64,000 nt of DNA from Octopus sinensis (GCF_006345805.1 NC_043004.1:29636001-29700000); one strand, 5' to 3'. Counted from the first letter of the stretch, positions 1 to 11,278 are shown. Program-made: numbers and translations. The notes: generated by a model not told the origin, from the sequence alone.

Positions 1-110
1 TAAGTGTTTTATTCAAGTACTCAGTGCATCGCCTGGCCCAGGAGTCAAAGCCATGGTCTTGCAGTCATGAATGAGTCCAACACCCTAACCACTATGCCTG
101 CACCTCCACA
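1..110 (-). mobile_element. tRNA-derived SINE 5' head (fragment)
   Basis: Reverse complement reads tgtggaggtgcaggcatagtggttagggtgttggactc..., an A/B-box-like head similar to the copy at ~9955. Confidence 0.55.
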
Positions 111-149
111 TATAATATATATTTCAGAGTGTGTGTGTATATACATACC

Positions 150-392
150 CTTGACTCAACATCTTGTGATGGTTATAAAGAAGCATCACTCCTATCATAC
201 AGGCAATGGTGTTTGTTTCCAGTCTTCTATGAAAAACATGTTTGGGCATGAGGAAATATTATCTTAATTGGAGAAAGGTGAGGGTTGACAACAGGAAGGA
301 CATCCAGCTGTAGAAAATCTACCTCAGCAAATTCTGTGTGACTCAAGAAAACATGGAAAACTGTATGTTAAAAGGTTGATGAGGATGATGAT
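150..392 (+). mobile_element. SINE/RTE-type 3' tail fragment
   Basis: Contains ggaaggacatccagctgtagaaa and ends in (GAT)n, matching the RTE 3' tail repeated across the window. Confidence 0.55.
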
Positions 393-917
393 ATGTATGT
401 ATGTGTATATATATATAATTTAAATATTAATCTAAATATATAAATGCATAGGTATGTATATATGTGTGTGTGTAGACAATTCATGACTCACTTGATAGTT
501 ATATTAATTAGTATGCTTATAAGCACACAAATGTACAGTTAATGAATGCACTGTTTAGTTAAATTGGTTTTCCATTTCATGATCAACTGAGCTTCCTTTT
601 GCAGCAACACAGGCTGCATTGTATTGAAGCATTTTGAAATGCTTTATGACACATGTCTACCAGGATTGTTTCACGTTCTTGGATAATAACTTGTTTAAAA
701 TGTTCAAGAGACAAAATTTTATATTTCAGGAAGTATTGTTTGGCATAACTGTGTGTATTAGAGACAAGAAAATTCTTTCTCACTTTTTTTCTCTCTCTCT
801 CACTCTCTTTCTCTCTGAAACATTTAAAATCATAAAAGGAATGCTGTCACCACTCACTGTCTCTTTCACTCTCTCTCGCTTTCTCTCTTAAACATTAAAA
901 AAAAAAAAATGAACACC

Positions 918-1190
918 GTCACCTCTCACTGTGTTTCATGTCAATGTCCGGGGAAGAGAGACATTTAGGCCAGTTTTGTTTGAGGATCTCTTTCTCAATT
1001 TGTTTCCAGTTTGCCTTATGGAAGTTCAAGCTGAAAAGATTCTGAGAGTTTCTTGTAGGCTGCATGTCCATGGTTTCCTTTGGTCTATACATGGTCAGCT
1101 CTACCATGTTGTGATCCGAGAGTAGCATCGGTGTCACTTTCACATTATGGATGAGATCCATATTATTTGTGAAGCAGAGATCCAGTATAC
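918..1190 (-). pseudogene. Non-LTR retrotransposon (CR1/L2/Jockey-like) AP-endonuclease C-terminal fragment
   Basis: Reads ILDLCFTNNMDLIHNVKVTPMLLSDHNMVEL...NFHKANW. The LDL..T, SDH and F.KANW motifs are typical of LINE ORF2 endonuclease and linker. Confidence 0.8.
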
Positions 1191-1202
1191 ATATATATAA
1201 TA

Positions 1203-1249
<47 letters not shown>

Positions 1250-1253
1250 TATA

Positions 1254-1284
<31 letters not shown>

Positions 1285-1410
1285 CTTTATTTAAAGCAGC
1301 AGAAAATTCAATTTGAATTTTCTGCTGCTTTAAATAAAGCATATTACTCTACCACTGGTATTTGAGTACTCTTTTTTCGACCTTGTTTCACACTTATGTG
1401 TTTACTACTC

Positions 1411-1412
<2 letters not shown>
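1285..1412. repeat. Perfect 27-bp-arm palindrome plus probable Penelope pseudo-LTR tail
   Basis: ctttatttaaagcagcagaaaattcaa-t-ttgaattttctgctgctttaaataaag (1285-1339), embedded in (TA)n. Confidence 0.7.
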
Positions 1413-1465
<53 letters not shown>

Positions 1466-2179
1466 GCACACATATATATATATATATATATATATACCCA
1501 AATACATATATTTTATATTATATATATGCATATGTATATTAATCTAAATTAAATTAGAGATAAAACCACTATTAGGCAAATCAAACAGTGAAAAACATAA
1601 ACCAAAACATTAAAAAAATATAATTAATATAATATACAAAATATATAAAATAAAAATTTAAATTATTTAAATTTAAAATTTTTAATTTATATCTATACAT
1701 TTTTATTTTCTTAATTCTTTTTTTTTAATTTTGAATTTATAAATTTTTTAACTTTTAATTTTTTTTTTTTTAAATAACTATCAAAAAGTATTAAAAAGTT
1801 TAATATAATATTATAAGTAAAACCACTATGTACGTTTCATTGCCATAACCCAATTCGAATTACAATAATTTAAATTCAATTAAAAGTTCGAATTATAATT
1901 ATAGTCAATCTTCAGGTTAATGATAATAGTTAAATAAATAAGCAAATATATTTAAACAATATTTTTAAAGAAATAAATAAAAACTCTATTATCAAATTAG
2001 GAACTTTAAAGATTAGGATTATGTCATACAATCCAATTATAATGTTAAATATTAATTTTTAAGGTAAAAATAGATAGAAAATGTAATCTATTAAGATATA
2101 ATATGGCTTTAAAAAAACAAATAAACTCACGAATAACCTAATCTCATTTATAGTCAATATCTAATTACCAAATTATTTA

Positions 2180-2317
2180 ACAAATCCAATCACAAGGCAT
2201 CGGTCGGCCCGAGGCTATAGCAGAAGACACTTGCCTAAGATGCCACGCAGTGGGACTGAACCCGGAACCATGTGGTTGGTAAGCAAACTACTTACCACAC
2301 AGCCACTCCTACGCCTA
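2180..2317 (-). mobile_element. tRNA-derived SINE, 5' half
   Basis: Reverse complement of ggcgtaggagtggctgtgtggtaag...ggttcagtcccactgcgtggc, the same family as 45772 and 59031. Confidence 0.85.
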
Positions 2318-2574
2318 TAATAATTATAAAATATTTAAGAATAATAACTAAATTATTATCAATAAATATAATAATTGAGATCTAAAATTTTCTCTATCAA
2401 TAAATATATATATACGTATAATGAAAACTAAATAAATTAATTATTCCATTATTACTTACGAAATATTAAAAAATTAAAGATGAAGAAGCAAATTATAAAC
2501 GTATAACCTATCTTAAAAAAACCGTTTAGCTATTTAACGATCAATATATCTCGTTGGCTAATTAATATTTATTT

Positions 2575-2680
2575 AACTATTATCCTGAAGATTGACCATA
2601 ATTATAATTCAAATTTTTAATTGAATTTAAATTATTGTAATTCGAATTGGGTTATGGCCATGAAACATACGTAGTGGTTT
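2575..2680 (+). ncRNA. Hammerhead-ribozyme-like motif (type I, long stem II)
   Basis: CTGAAGA 2585-2591, stem II tgaccataa/ttatggcca, GAAA 2662-2665, catacg-TA. The mirror copy on the minus strand is at ~1821-1920. Stem I is imperfect. Confidence 0.5.
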
Positions 2681-2847
2681 TATTTATTATATTATATTAA
2701 ACTTCTTGATACTTTTTGATAGTTATTTAAAAAATAAATAAAACGTTAAAAAATTTTTTTAAATATTTTTTAAAAAATATAAAAATTTATAAATATAAAT
2801 TAAAAATTTTAAATTCAAATAATTTAAATTTTAAATTCTATATTTTA

Positions 2848-3361
2848 CTAGCAGTATCGCCCGGCGTTGCTCGGGTTTGTAAGGAAAATAACTATATAAG
2901 CATTTTTAGAGTTACTTCCCTTATAGATGCCAATTCGGGCTTTCTTAGCCATTTCTGTTTTGGTGTCTTCAAGCTATGAAGTCGTTGTTCTAAAAGAACG
3001 CTGGTCTCCTTGACAACGCTTTACGACGTTGATTTCCTTACACTCCCTTCCCCACAGCTTCACGAGGGAAGGAAGAAGGGGGAGAAGCAAACAGGTGCAG
3101 ATGTGAGCGTGGACGCCAACTCCGCTGCCATCGACACACGAAAAATTATGCATTAAAATGGGAATAAAAAATGATGTTAAATTATTTTTAAAATCGTAGA
3201 CTCATCGTAAGACGCGCGCTAATACCCAGACGGGCTCGATATGAATCACGACTATAAGATACCCGAATTTGGTTAAACTGCACCGCAAAATGTGGGAGTA
3301 GTTAGGAATCTAAATCGAAGGGGACAGACACTCAACACAACTAACAGTTTAGTATATAAGA
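2848..3361 (-). mobile_element. Non-autonomous Helitron (514 bp)
   Basis: Minus strand begins TC (3361-3360) and ends CTAG (2851-2848), with subterminal hairpin cccgagcaacgccggg (2860-2875). Inserted between A and T with no TSD. CpG-rich relative to its flanks. Confidence 0.85.
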
Positions 3362-3572
3362 TATATTGTATATTATATTAATTATATTTATTTTTATGTT
3401 TTGGTTTATGTTTTTTACTGTTTGATTTGCCTAATAGTGGTTTTATCTCTAATTTAATTTATATTTATTTATACTGTGAAATTTGATTTAATCCTAAATC
3501 TAATTTTTCCCTGTAAGTTTGGATTTACTCCCTAATATTATTATATATATATATAATATATATATATATAGA

Positions 3573-4286
3573 CAGGGTGCAGTGAATATATTGTCGTCTA
3601 AATTACATAAAAATAAAAATAACACTGACATCTCATTTTAACAGATATATTTACAGGCAAGATTACATAAAAATATTTTGAAATACTAGAGAGTAAATTT
3701 ATTCAATAAAATTGCCATCAGCTTCAACCATGGCTTCCAGACGACTTTAGAATCTCCTGCAACTCTTCTGAATGGTCTCTTTGTTTAAGCTGGTGAATGG
3801 TGCCCTAATTCTTGCTTTCAGTTCATTTTTGGTGTTACAAGGAGTTTTGTTGGTCTCTTGCTCAACTGCACCCCACACAATAATCAAGGGGTCAGGGGAG
3901 TTAGGTGGCCAGATATTAGGGGTCATGTGGTCGCAGAAATTGTTTGACAGCATGACTGGGTTCTCTTGCTTGTATGGCCATGGTGCCAAGATTTCTGCTG
4001 GTGCAAAACAATAGGCATCTCCGCAACACACCTCTCTTGACCATTGACCCTGGTCATGCCCTACCTCATCATCCCAGATGACTTGATTATCCGGCACAAA
4101 TGCCAAGCAGTACAGCATGTTGTTTCCAAATTTCTGACTGAGTGAATTGCATCATGGTGCTGTTTTTCTCGCAGGTGGTGTCCAACTGACCCTACTATAT
4201 TGTGTAGTTAACAAAATTAAAAGCAAACAACGCACATGCGTGAAGTTGGAAATATAAAATGGTGACAATTTACCCATCGCACCCTG
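3573..4286 (-). mobile_element. Internally deleted Tc1-family DNA transposon
   Basis: TIRs cagggtgcagtgaatatattgtcgtc / ggtgacaatttacccatcgcaccctg followed by TA. Transposase C-terminus WPPNSPD...VWGAVE...IQKSCRRF. Confidence 0.85.
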
Positions 4287-4299
4287 TATATGCCAACAG

Positions 4300-4370
4300 G
4301 TTTAGAATCTGATGATACCACATAAAGCTAAGCACTTTATGGATGTGAAACCCAGGGTAATCCTATAAAC
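4300..4370 (+). ncRNA. Type I hammerhead-ribozyme-like motif, canonical core
   Basis: gtttagaat CTGATGA(4309-4315), stem II cataaag/ctttatg, GAAA(4347-4350) cccaggg TA atcctataaac. GUA cleavage triplet. Stem I partly complementary. Confidence 0.6.
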
Positions 4371-4502
4371 AGGCCTTGTCTAATTTTATTAATATATTGT
4401 ATATATGTGTGTATGTGTGCATGTATATATCTATATATCATAATTGCATGAAACTATTAGTGGCTTTTTCGGTTGTGTATTTAATTATATATATATATAT
4501 AT

Positions 4503-4900
4503 ATCATCATCATCATCATTCTTATCGTTGTTTAACATCTGCTTTCCATGCCGGCATGGGTTAGACGGTTTGACCGAGGACTGGCAAGCTGGGAGCTGCA
4601 CCAGGCTCCAATCTGATTTGGCAAGGTTTCTACAGCTGGATACCCTTCCTAACGCCAACCACTCTGAGAGTGTAGTGGGTGCTTTTTATGTGCCACCTGC
4701 ACAGGGGCCAGTCAAGCAACACTAGCATCAACCATACTCAAATGGTGCTTTTTGCATGCCAGTCACGCCCAAATGGTGCTTTTGTATGTGCCAACGGCAC
4801 AGGAGCCAGACAGGCAGCACTGGCATTGACCATGCTTGAATGGTGAGTTTTATGTGCCACCAGCACAAGTGCCAGTCAGGCGGTACTGGTATCAGTCACA
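4503..4900 (-). mobile_element. RTE LINE 3' UTR/tail (5'-truncated)
   Basis: (CAT)n followed by tttaacatctgctttccatgccggcatgggtt...ctggatacccttcctaacgccaaccac. The same tail is attached to RT sequence at 7234-8598. Confidence 0.8.
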
Positions 4901-4909
4901 TTTTTGCAT

Positions 4910-5108
4910 CTGTGTTTGCTCCTCACCACCACTTGACAACTAGGGTTGGTGTGTTTACATCCCTGCAACTCAGCAGATCAGCAAAGATTGACAGGATAAA
5001 TACCAGGCTTTAAAAAAATAAGTATTGGGACCAATTCATTCAACAAAAATTCTTAAAGACAGTGCCCAAGCCTGACCACAGTCTAATGCCTGGAGCGGGT
5101 AAAAGGAA
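4910..5108 (+). mobile_element. SINE 3' half
   Basis: cttgacaac...ggtgtgtttacatccc matches the 3' half of the full copies at 45772 and 59031. Confidence 0.7.
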
Positions 5109-5669
5109 ATTTATATTTATTATATTAGTACAGTGGCACAGACATACATAATACAGCAGCTAAAAAATTTTTTCTGAAAAACAAAAAGCAAAACAATTAG
5201 GTTAAGGAAATTGGCATAGCCACAAGATTTCCAAACGTTGTTATGTATGGAAGATGAAAGATAGGAAATAATTTATAATAGCGAGGCAGATGGTGAGGAC
5301 AAATAGAGATATGAAATGTTAAGTAGAAACAAAATGGCTGTATATAATGACGCATAGGAAGTGCATTTAGTGGCTGTTGAGGAAAATGATGTGGAAACTT
5401 TCAAACTCAATCTGTTGAACCAGGAAATGAAAAATAAAAGGAATCGCAGTTAACAGGAGTTAGCTATTATACGTTCGAACAGGGTCTGTGTCATATATAT
5501 ATATATATATATGAGGACAGGGCTTAATTTCTGCATTGTCTTTTTTGCAGACATGTAAGTAATTTATTTATTATTAAATGTAATAATATAAATTATCTTT
5601 ACATGCTTTCAGTTACAAATAATTTGTCATGATATTTGAACAACTTCTGCCACATTCCAGGGAGAAAAA

Positions 5670-6655
5670 CGAGAAATAGTTGACAGCTTCTGTTGCCTAG
5701 GTGACCAAGTCAGTAGCGGGGGGGGGGGGATGCTCTGAAAGTGTAGCTGCTAGAATAAGAATAGCCTGGGCAAAGTTCAGAGAGCTCATACTTCTACTGG
5801 TGACAAAGTGTCTTTCCCTCAGATTGAAAGGCAGACTGTTTGACGCATGTGTGCATGGCAGTGAAATATGGGCCGTGACTGCTGAGGATATGCATAAGCT
5901 TGCAAGGAATGAAGCCAGTATGCACCGCTGGATGTGTAATGTCAGTGTGCATACACAACAGAGTGTAAGCACCTTGAAAGAAAAGTTGGACCTCAGAAGC
6001 ATCAGATGTGGTGTGCAAGAGAGATGACTGTGCTGGTATGGTTATGTGTTGCGAATGGATGAGGACAGCTGTGTGAAAAAGTGTCACACCCTAGCAGCTG
6101 AGGGAATCTGTGGAAGAGGTAAACCCAGGAAGACCTGGGATGAGGTGGTGAAGCACAACCTTCAAACATTGGGCCTCACCGAGGCAATGACTAGTGACTG
6201 AGACCTTTGGAACTATGCTGTGCTTGAGAAGACCTGGCAAGGCAAGTGAGATCATAACCCGTGCCTATGCCAGAGTGCAACCAGCCTACTTATGCATACC
6301 TTTCTTTCATTGGACACTAAACTTTGCTTGCAAAGACCTGTTGAAGAAAGTGAAATCACAATCAAAATCAAATTCACTGACGTGGCCGGTGAAAGCACCA
6401 TCCGAGCATGATCGTTGCCAGGGCTGCTGAATGGCTCCATGATGGTAGCACATAAAAAACACCATTCAAGCATGATTGTTACCAGCGTTGCCTTACTGGC
6501 ACTTGTGCTGGTGGCACATGAAAATCAACATTGAAGCGAGGTCGCTGCCAGTGTCGCTGGACTGGCTCCTGTGCAGGTGGCACATAAAAAAACACCATTT
6601 GAGCATGGCCATTGCCAGTACTGCCTGACTGGCACCCACTACACACTCAGAGTGT
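5670..6655 (+). mobile_element. RTE-clade LINE, decayed RT C-terminus plus 3' UTR
   Basis: GGCSESVAARIRIAWAKFRELILLL...KGRLFDACVHGSEIWAV...RWMCNVS, with stops and frameshifts, followed by tandem UTR units. Confidence 0.9.
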
Positions 6656-6761
6656 ATCAAAAGTACTACTAACCTTGCTGATTCTGTATGAAATTTCATC
6701 ATCAAGACCAGTAGTGCTCAAGGTACTTCCTAAATCTGTCTCTCTCTCTATATATATATAC

Positions 6762-6903
6762 ATCATCATCATCATTATCATCATTTAGCGTCTGCTTTCC
6801 ATGCTAGCATGGGTTGGACGGTTCAACTGGGGTCTGTGAAGCTGGAAGGCTTCGTCAGGCCCAGTCAGATCTGGCAGTGTTTCTACGGCTGGATGCGCTT
6901 CCT
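6762..6903 (-). mobile_element. RTE 3' tail fragment
   Basis: (CAT)n followed by gcgtctgctttccatgctagcatgggttggacgg. Confidence 0.8.
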
Positions 6904-6937
<34 letters not shown>

Positions 6938-7107
6938 TATACATACATGTATATATATTTATATATATAGAGAGATGTACTTGCATAGCAAGTGATTTGA
7001 TCTGAGATCGTGTGCTGAAACGAAAACAATTGCAGCGTGGAAGGTGTTTGTAAGCCATTTAAGAAACACACAAAAGCCATTCGATTCACTTCAACATTTA
7101 AGTTTAA

Positions 7108-7158
7108 TTTGTCAAAATATTTTCGTCGCAATGAGACCGCGACCTGTTCACTGACAAA
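7108..7158 (-). ncRNA. Minimal type I hammerhead-ribozyme-like motif with G3:C8 core
   Basis: Minus strand tttgtca GTGAACA g gtcgc ggtctcatt gcgac GAAA atat TT tgacaaa. Perfect 7-bp stem I, 5-bp stem II and palindromic stem III. Lies in a ~200-bp repeat (6970-7170) between microsatellites. Confidence 0.65.
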
Positions 7159-7200
7159 AATCCGTGCTGCATCATATATATATACATACACACACACACG

Positions 7201-7231
<31 letters not shown>

Positions 7232-7233
7232 GT

Positions 7234-8598
7234 ATCATCATCATCATCGTTTAACATCCGTTTTCCATGCTAGCATGGGATGGATAGTTCGACCTGGGTC
7301 TGGTAAGCCATGGAGGCTGCACCAGGCTCCAGTCTGGTTTGGCAGTGTTTCTACAGCTGGATGCCTTTCCTAACGCCAACCACTTCATGAGTGTAGTGGG
7401 TGCTTTTTATGTGCGACCGGCACAGGGGCCAGAGGAGGCTGGCAATGTCCACAATTGGCTGGTGCTCTTTACGTGCCACCGGCACAGACACCAGTCAAGT
7501 CAGCGCTGGCATTGGCCACATTTCGGATGATGTTTTTATGTGCCACCAGCACAGGTATCACAACTACAATTTCCATTTGATCTTTATTTTGATGTTTCCT
7601 CAAGCACAGCAGGTCACCCTACGATCCAAGGTAAGCACAACAGGCTGTCCTGCGAGCCATGAACTCACTTCATTTGTCAGGTCTTTGCAGTCACAGCATA
7701 TCTCCAGAGGTCTCGGTCTTTTGTCATTGCCTCTGTGAGGCCCAACATTTGAAGATCATGCTTGACCACCTCATCCCATGTCTTCCTGGGTCTACCTCTA
7801 CACCGGATTCCTTCAACTGTTTGGGAGTGGCACTTCACACATCTCTCCTCATCCATCCATAGTACATGACCATACCAACGTAAACGTCTCTGAGGGTGCT
7901 TAAACTCTGTCGTGCGTGCACATTGACATTACACATCCAGCAGATCATGCTAGCTTCATTTCTTTCGAGCCTACACATGTCCTCTGCAGTCATGGCCCAT
8001 GTTTCACTGCCATGAAGCATGGCAGTTCGCACACATATGTCGTACAATCTACCTTTCACTCTGAGTGAGAGACTCTTTGTCACCACTAGGAGAAGAAGCT
8101 TTCTAAACTTTGCCCAGGCTATTCTTATTCTAGTGGTAACACTCTTGGAGCATCCACCCTCACTACTAACTTGGTCACCTAGGTAGCGGAAGCTATCAAC
8201 TACTTCTAGTTTCTCCCCCTGGAGTGTGATGGAATCTGTTTTCTAAGTATCTGTGGTGTCTATTGCCCCATGTGCATCTGCCGCACACGAAAGCTACCTT
8301 CTCGGTTAATTTTCATTTGATGTTGCTGCACCCCTTATGTGTCCATAGTTTACACTGGGTACATCTTATGGAGTTTCTACCTATACCTTTTCTACAGATT
8401 GAGCAGGGCCACCTACACGAGGAGGTGTGTGATGAGTTCGCCTACTTACTGGAACTTTGGTCTTTGCTACATTGACTCTAAGGCCTTTTGATTCTAAACC
8501 TATCTTCCACACTCAAAATTTCTTTGCTAGTTCCGGTAGTGACTCTGCCATAAGGGCCAGGTCATCAGCATAGAGGAGCTTGCAGGGTCAACCCATCT
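7234..8598 (-). mobile_element. RTE-clade LINE, 5'-truncated, decayed RT plus 3' UTR
   Basis: LLYADDLAL near 8560-8580, SLRVKGRLYDICVRTAMLHGSETWAM, and a (CAT)n tail at 7234. Confidence 0.9.
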
Positions 8599-8639
8599 TT
8601 GCCTGTCAAAAATATAGTTGTCATTAAAGTAATAGATTG

Positions 8640-9120
8640 TGTTAGTTAGCCCCAGCATTGCTAGAAGTAAGAGTCAAAACAACTCTTAGGCATCTGAGTG
8701 CACTTTTCTAATGGCTGAGATGGGATCATATCAGTGCTGATTTCAGATTTAGTCAGTCTTCATCAGTGACCTATTATTCCATCGATGAGAGTTAGAGAAC
8801 ATAAGTCCCCTTGTCAGCCTCGTAGAAAGCAGCAAATCATTTCTAAAATGGTGAAGTGAGAATTATGAATTATTAAGGTTGCTATTCACAGTTTAGAACT
8901 GATAGGCAAAAAGTATAGCCATCATTAAAATGAGACTGACAAGGTGACTTAGGTTCTCTAACCCTCAGTGACAGAGTAATGGATCACTGTTGAAGACTGA
9001 TTAAATCTGAAATTAGTGCTGATATGACTCCATCTCGCTTGTCAGCCATTAGAAAAGTGTGTTTACATGGCTAAGAGTTGTTTTGGTTCTTATTTCTAGC
9101 AATGCTAGTGCTTACTAACA
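8640..9120. repeat. Inverted repeat (~180-bp arms, ~110-bp spacer) with a hammerhead-like motif in each arm
   Basis: 8640-8822 is the diverged reverse complement of 8931-9120. Motifs at 8720-8774 (-) and 8979-9033 (+). Confidence 0.8.
8720..8774 (-). ncRNA. Minimal type I hammerhead-ribozyme-like motif
   Basis: ataggtca CTGATGA aga ctgactaaa tct GAAA tcag ca ctga TA tgatcccat. Confidence 0.6.
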
Positions 9121-9219
9121 CCCTCTGTCACTTTAATAACAGCTATACTTTTTGCTTATATACATATACACACACACACACACATGCATACACACATGCA
9201 CACACACACACCCACACAC

Positions 9220-9335
9220 AATGGGCTTCACATAGTTTCTATCAACCAAATTCACTCACAGGGCTATACAGTAGAAGACACCTGCTCAAGGTGCTGTGCA
9301 GTGGGACTGAACTCATAAAGTGTGGTTGTGAAGCT
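9220..9335 (-). mobile_element. tRNA-derived SINE fragment
   Basis: agtagaagacacctgctcaaggtgctgtgcagtgggactgaac matches the family. Confidence 0.7.
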
Positions 9336-9898
9336 AAAAAAAAAAGTCTAAAAGTCAATTAATTAACAAGGTCACATTATGTGACAAGAAACAGAATCAG
9401 GGAAATTTTGAATGATAGAATACCAAATAACATATGATTTTTCATGAACTCATTTCATTTTGTCTTTCAGTATTTACTTTCATTCAACTCCCTCAGGAAT
9501 AGACTTTGCCTTTCACTAGTTTGGGATCAATAAAAGAGTTATCAATTATGAATACAGTTGATTCAATTGACTGCATATGCCTGCTACAAATGTATACCAT
9601 GTTGGTGTTCTCGTTTAGATCTTACAGATGAGTTCATTTAATCAATAACATTATGGTTTTGCAAAAGTAAAAGGTTTGCAAATAAATTAGGTGTTAAAAG
9701 TACTAGAATTTGTAAAAAGAAAAATAAATGTATGTTAAATAAATAAAAAAGGAAATCTTAAAATCTAAATGATTTAATACTAATAGGTTATATGATGTTT
9801 CAGGATAGACGACAGAGTGCAAAGCAGAGATTTTCTCTTTTCATCTCTCTCTCTCTCTCACCCTAAATGTGTGTGTGTGCATGCATGCGTGTTTGTGT

Positions 9899-9948
<50 letters not shown>

Positions 9949-9954
9949 GTGTGT

Positions 9955-10205
9955 GTGTGGAGGCCCAGTGGTTAGGGCAGAGGACTCGTGGTTGTAGGAT
10001 TGTGGTTTTGATTCCAAGACCGGGCGTTGTGTGTGTTTATTGAGCAAAAACACCTACTTTCTTTCACTCTTTCTTCCTGTTTCTTGAGTAACGCTGCGAA
10101 GGACTGGCGCCCTGTCCAACTTGGGGGAACACATACGCCACAGAAACCGGGCCCATGAGTTTGGCTAGGTTTGAAACGGGCGCATAAATAAATAAAAATA
10201 ATAAT
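9955..10205 (+). mobile_element. tRNA-derived SINE (second family) with A-rich tail
   Basis: A-box-like ggcccagtggttagggc, B-box-like ggttttgattcc, and a (TAAA)/(TAA)n tail. Confidence 0.7.
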
Positions 10206-10603
10206 ATACATACATACATACATACATATATATATATATACACACACATACACACACACACACACTATAAGTAATGTTTGATTGAAAATTTACATGTTAA
10301 CCTCCCTCACAATTTTCTATATCATCATCATCATCATCATCATTTAACGTTCGCTTTCCATGCTAGCATGGGTTATATATATATATATATAAATCAGTGG
10401 TGTAGAGTCAAGACTTGCTAGTCATGCACAGCATGTCCGTTGATTTTTATATAACTCAAAAATCAATTTAAGAACGTAATGTATTTATGACCACATTGAA
10501 AATTTGTCCAAATCATTGGAAACTGAGCTGAAATAGTTACTTTGTTTCAAAGGAAACCTATCCAGATTGATACTTTGCTGTGTTTCCATTTTGCTTCCAC
10601 TAG

Positions 10604-10822
10604 GTATGTATATATATATATATATATGTGTGTGTGTATGTATATATGTATGTATGTATATATGTGTGTGTATATATATATATATGTATGTATATATATG
10701 TATATATATGTATATATATGTATATATATGTATATATATATATGTATATATATATATGTATATATATATATATGTATGTGTATATATATATATACATATG
10801 TGTGTGTGTGTGTGTATGTATA
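10604..10822. repeat. (TA)n/(TATG)n/(TG)n compound microsatellite
   Basis: Directly visible. Source of several spurious YI/CV ORFs. Confidence 0.95.
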
Positions 10823-11278
10823 TCATCATCATCATCATCGTTTTACATCCTTTTTCCGTGCTATATATATATATGTAGTATCATAATGTATACATAATAC
10901 TCTGATTGTGATGTTAGCATTAAACTGTATGCCAGGGCAAGCTCAGAACTGGTTAGACAATATTGCAGAGTATTAAGAACTAAGAAGAATTACCACTGTC
11001 AGTTTTCTCTTCTAACTATAAGCATACATATGTGTGTATATGTATCCGTGTGTGTATGTATGTATGTGTGTGTGTGTGTTATTCTGGTGGCATTGGCAGC
11101 AGGTTAAATTGCATGTAAATGTTACAAGTCACTGCAGTTGGCATACTTCCACACCCCTAAGTTTGACAATTTCGGTCAGGCATGGGCAACATTTCTCAAG
11201 AAGCAGCTTACAGAAGATGCGACTCATCATCAGGCAAGTTGCTCTACTAAAAACATTCAAGGTACTTTTTCATTGACA

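Larger units (their letters stand above)
1545..3540. repeat. Long AT-rich inverted repeat (probable inverted Penelope pseudo-LTR pair) with a hammerhead-like motif in each arm
   Basis: Left arm ~1545-1940 is the reverse complement of ~2568-2847 plus 3362-3460. The right arm is interrupted by a Helitron and the spacer by a SINE. Confidence 0.8.

Noticed and set aside
10485-10897. Multiple overlapping ORFs rich in Y/I/C/V/H/T (also at 1362, 21528, 35595, 51788, 59343, 61510)
   Set aside because: Translations of (TA)n/(CA)n microsatellites, which lack stop codons.
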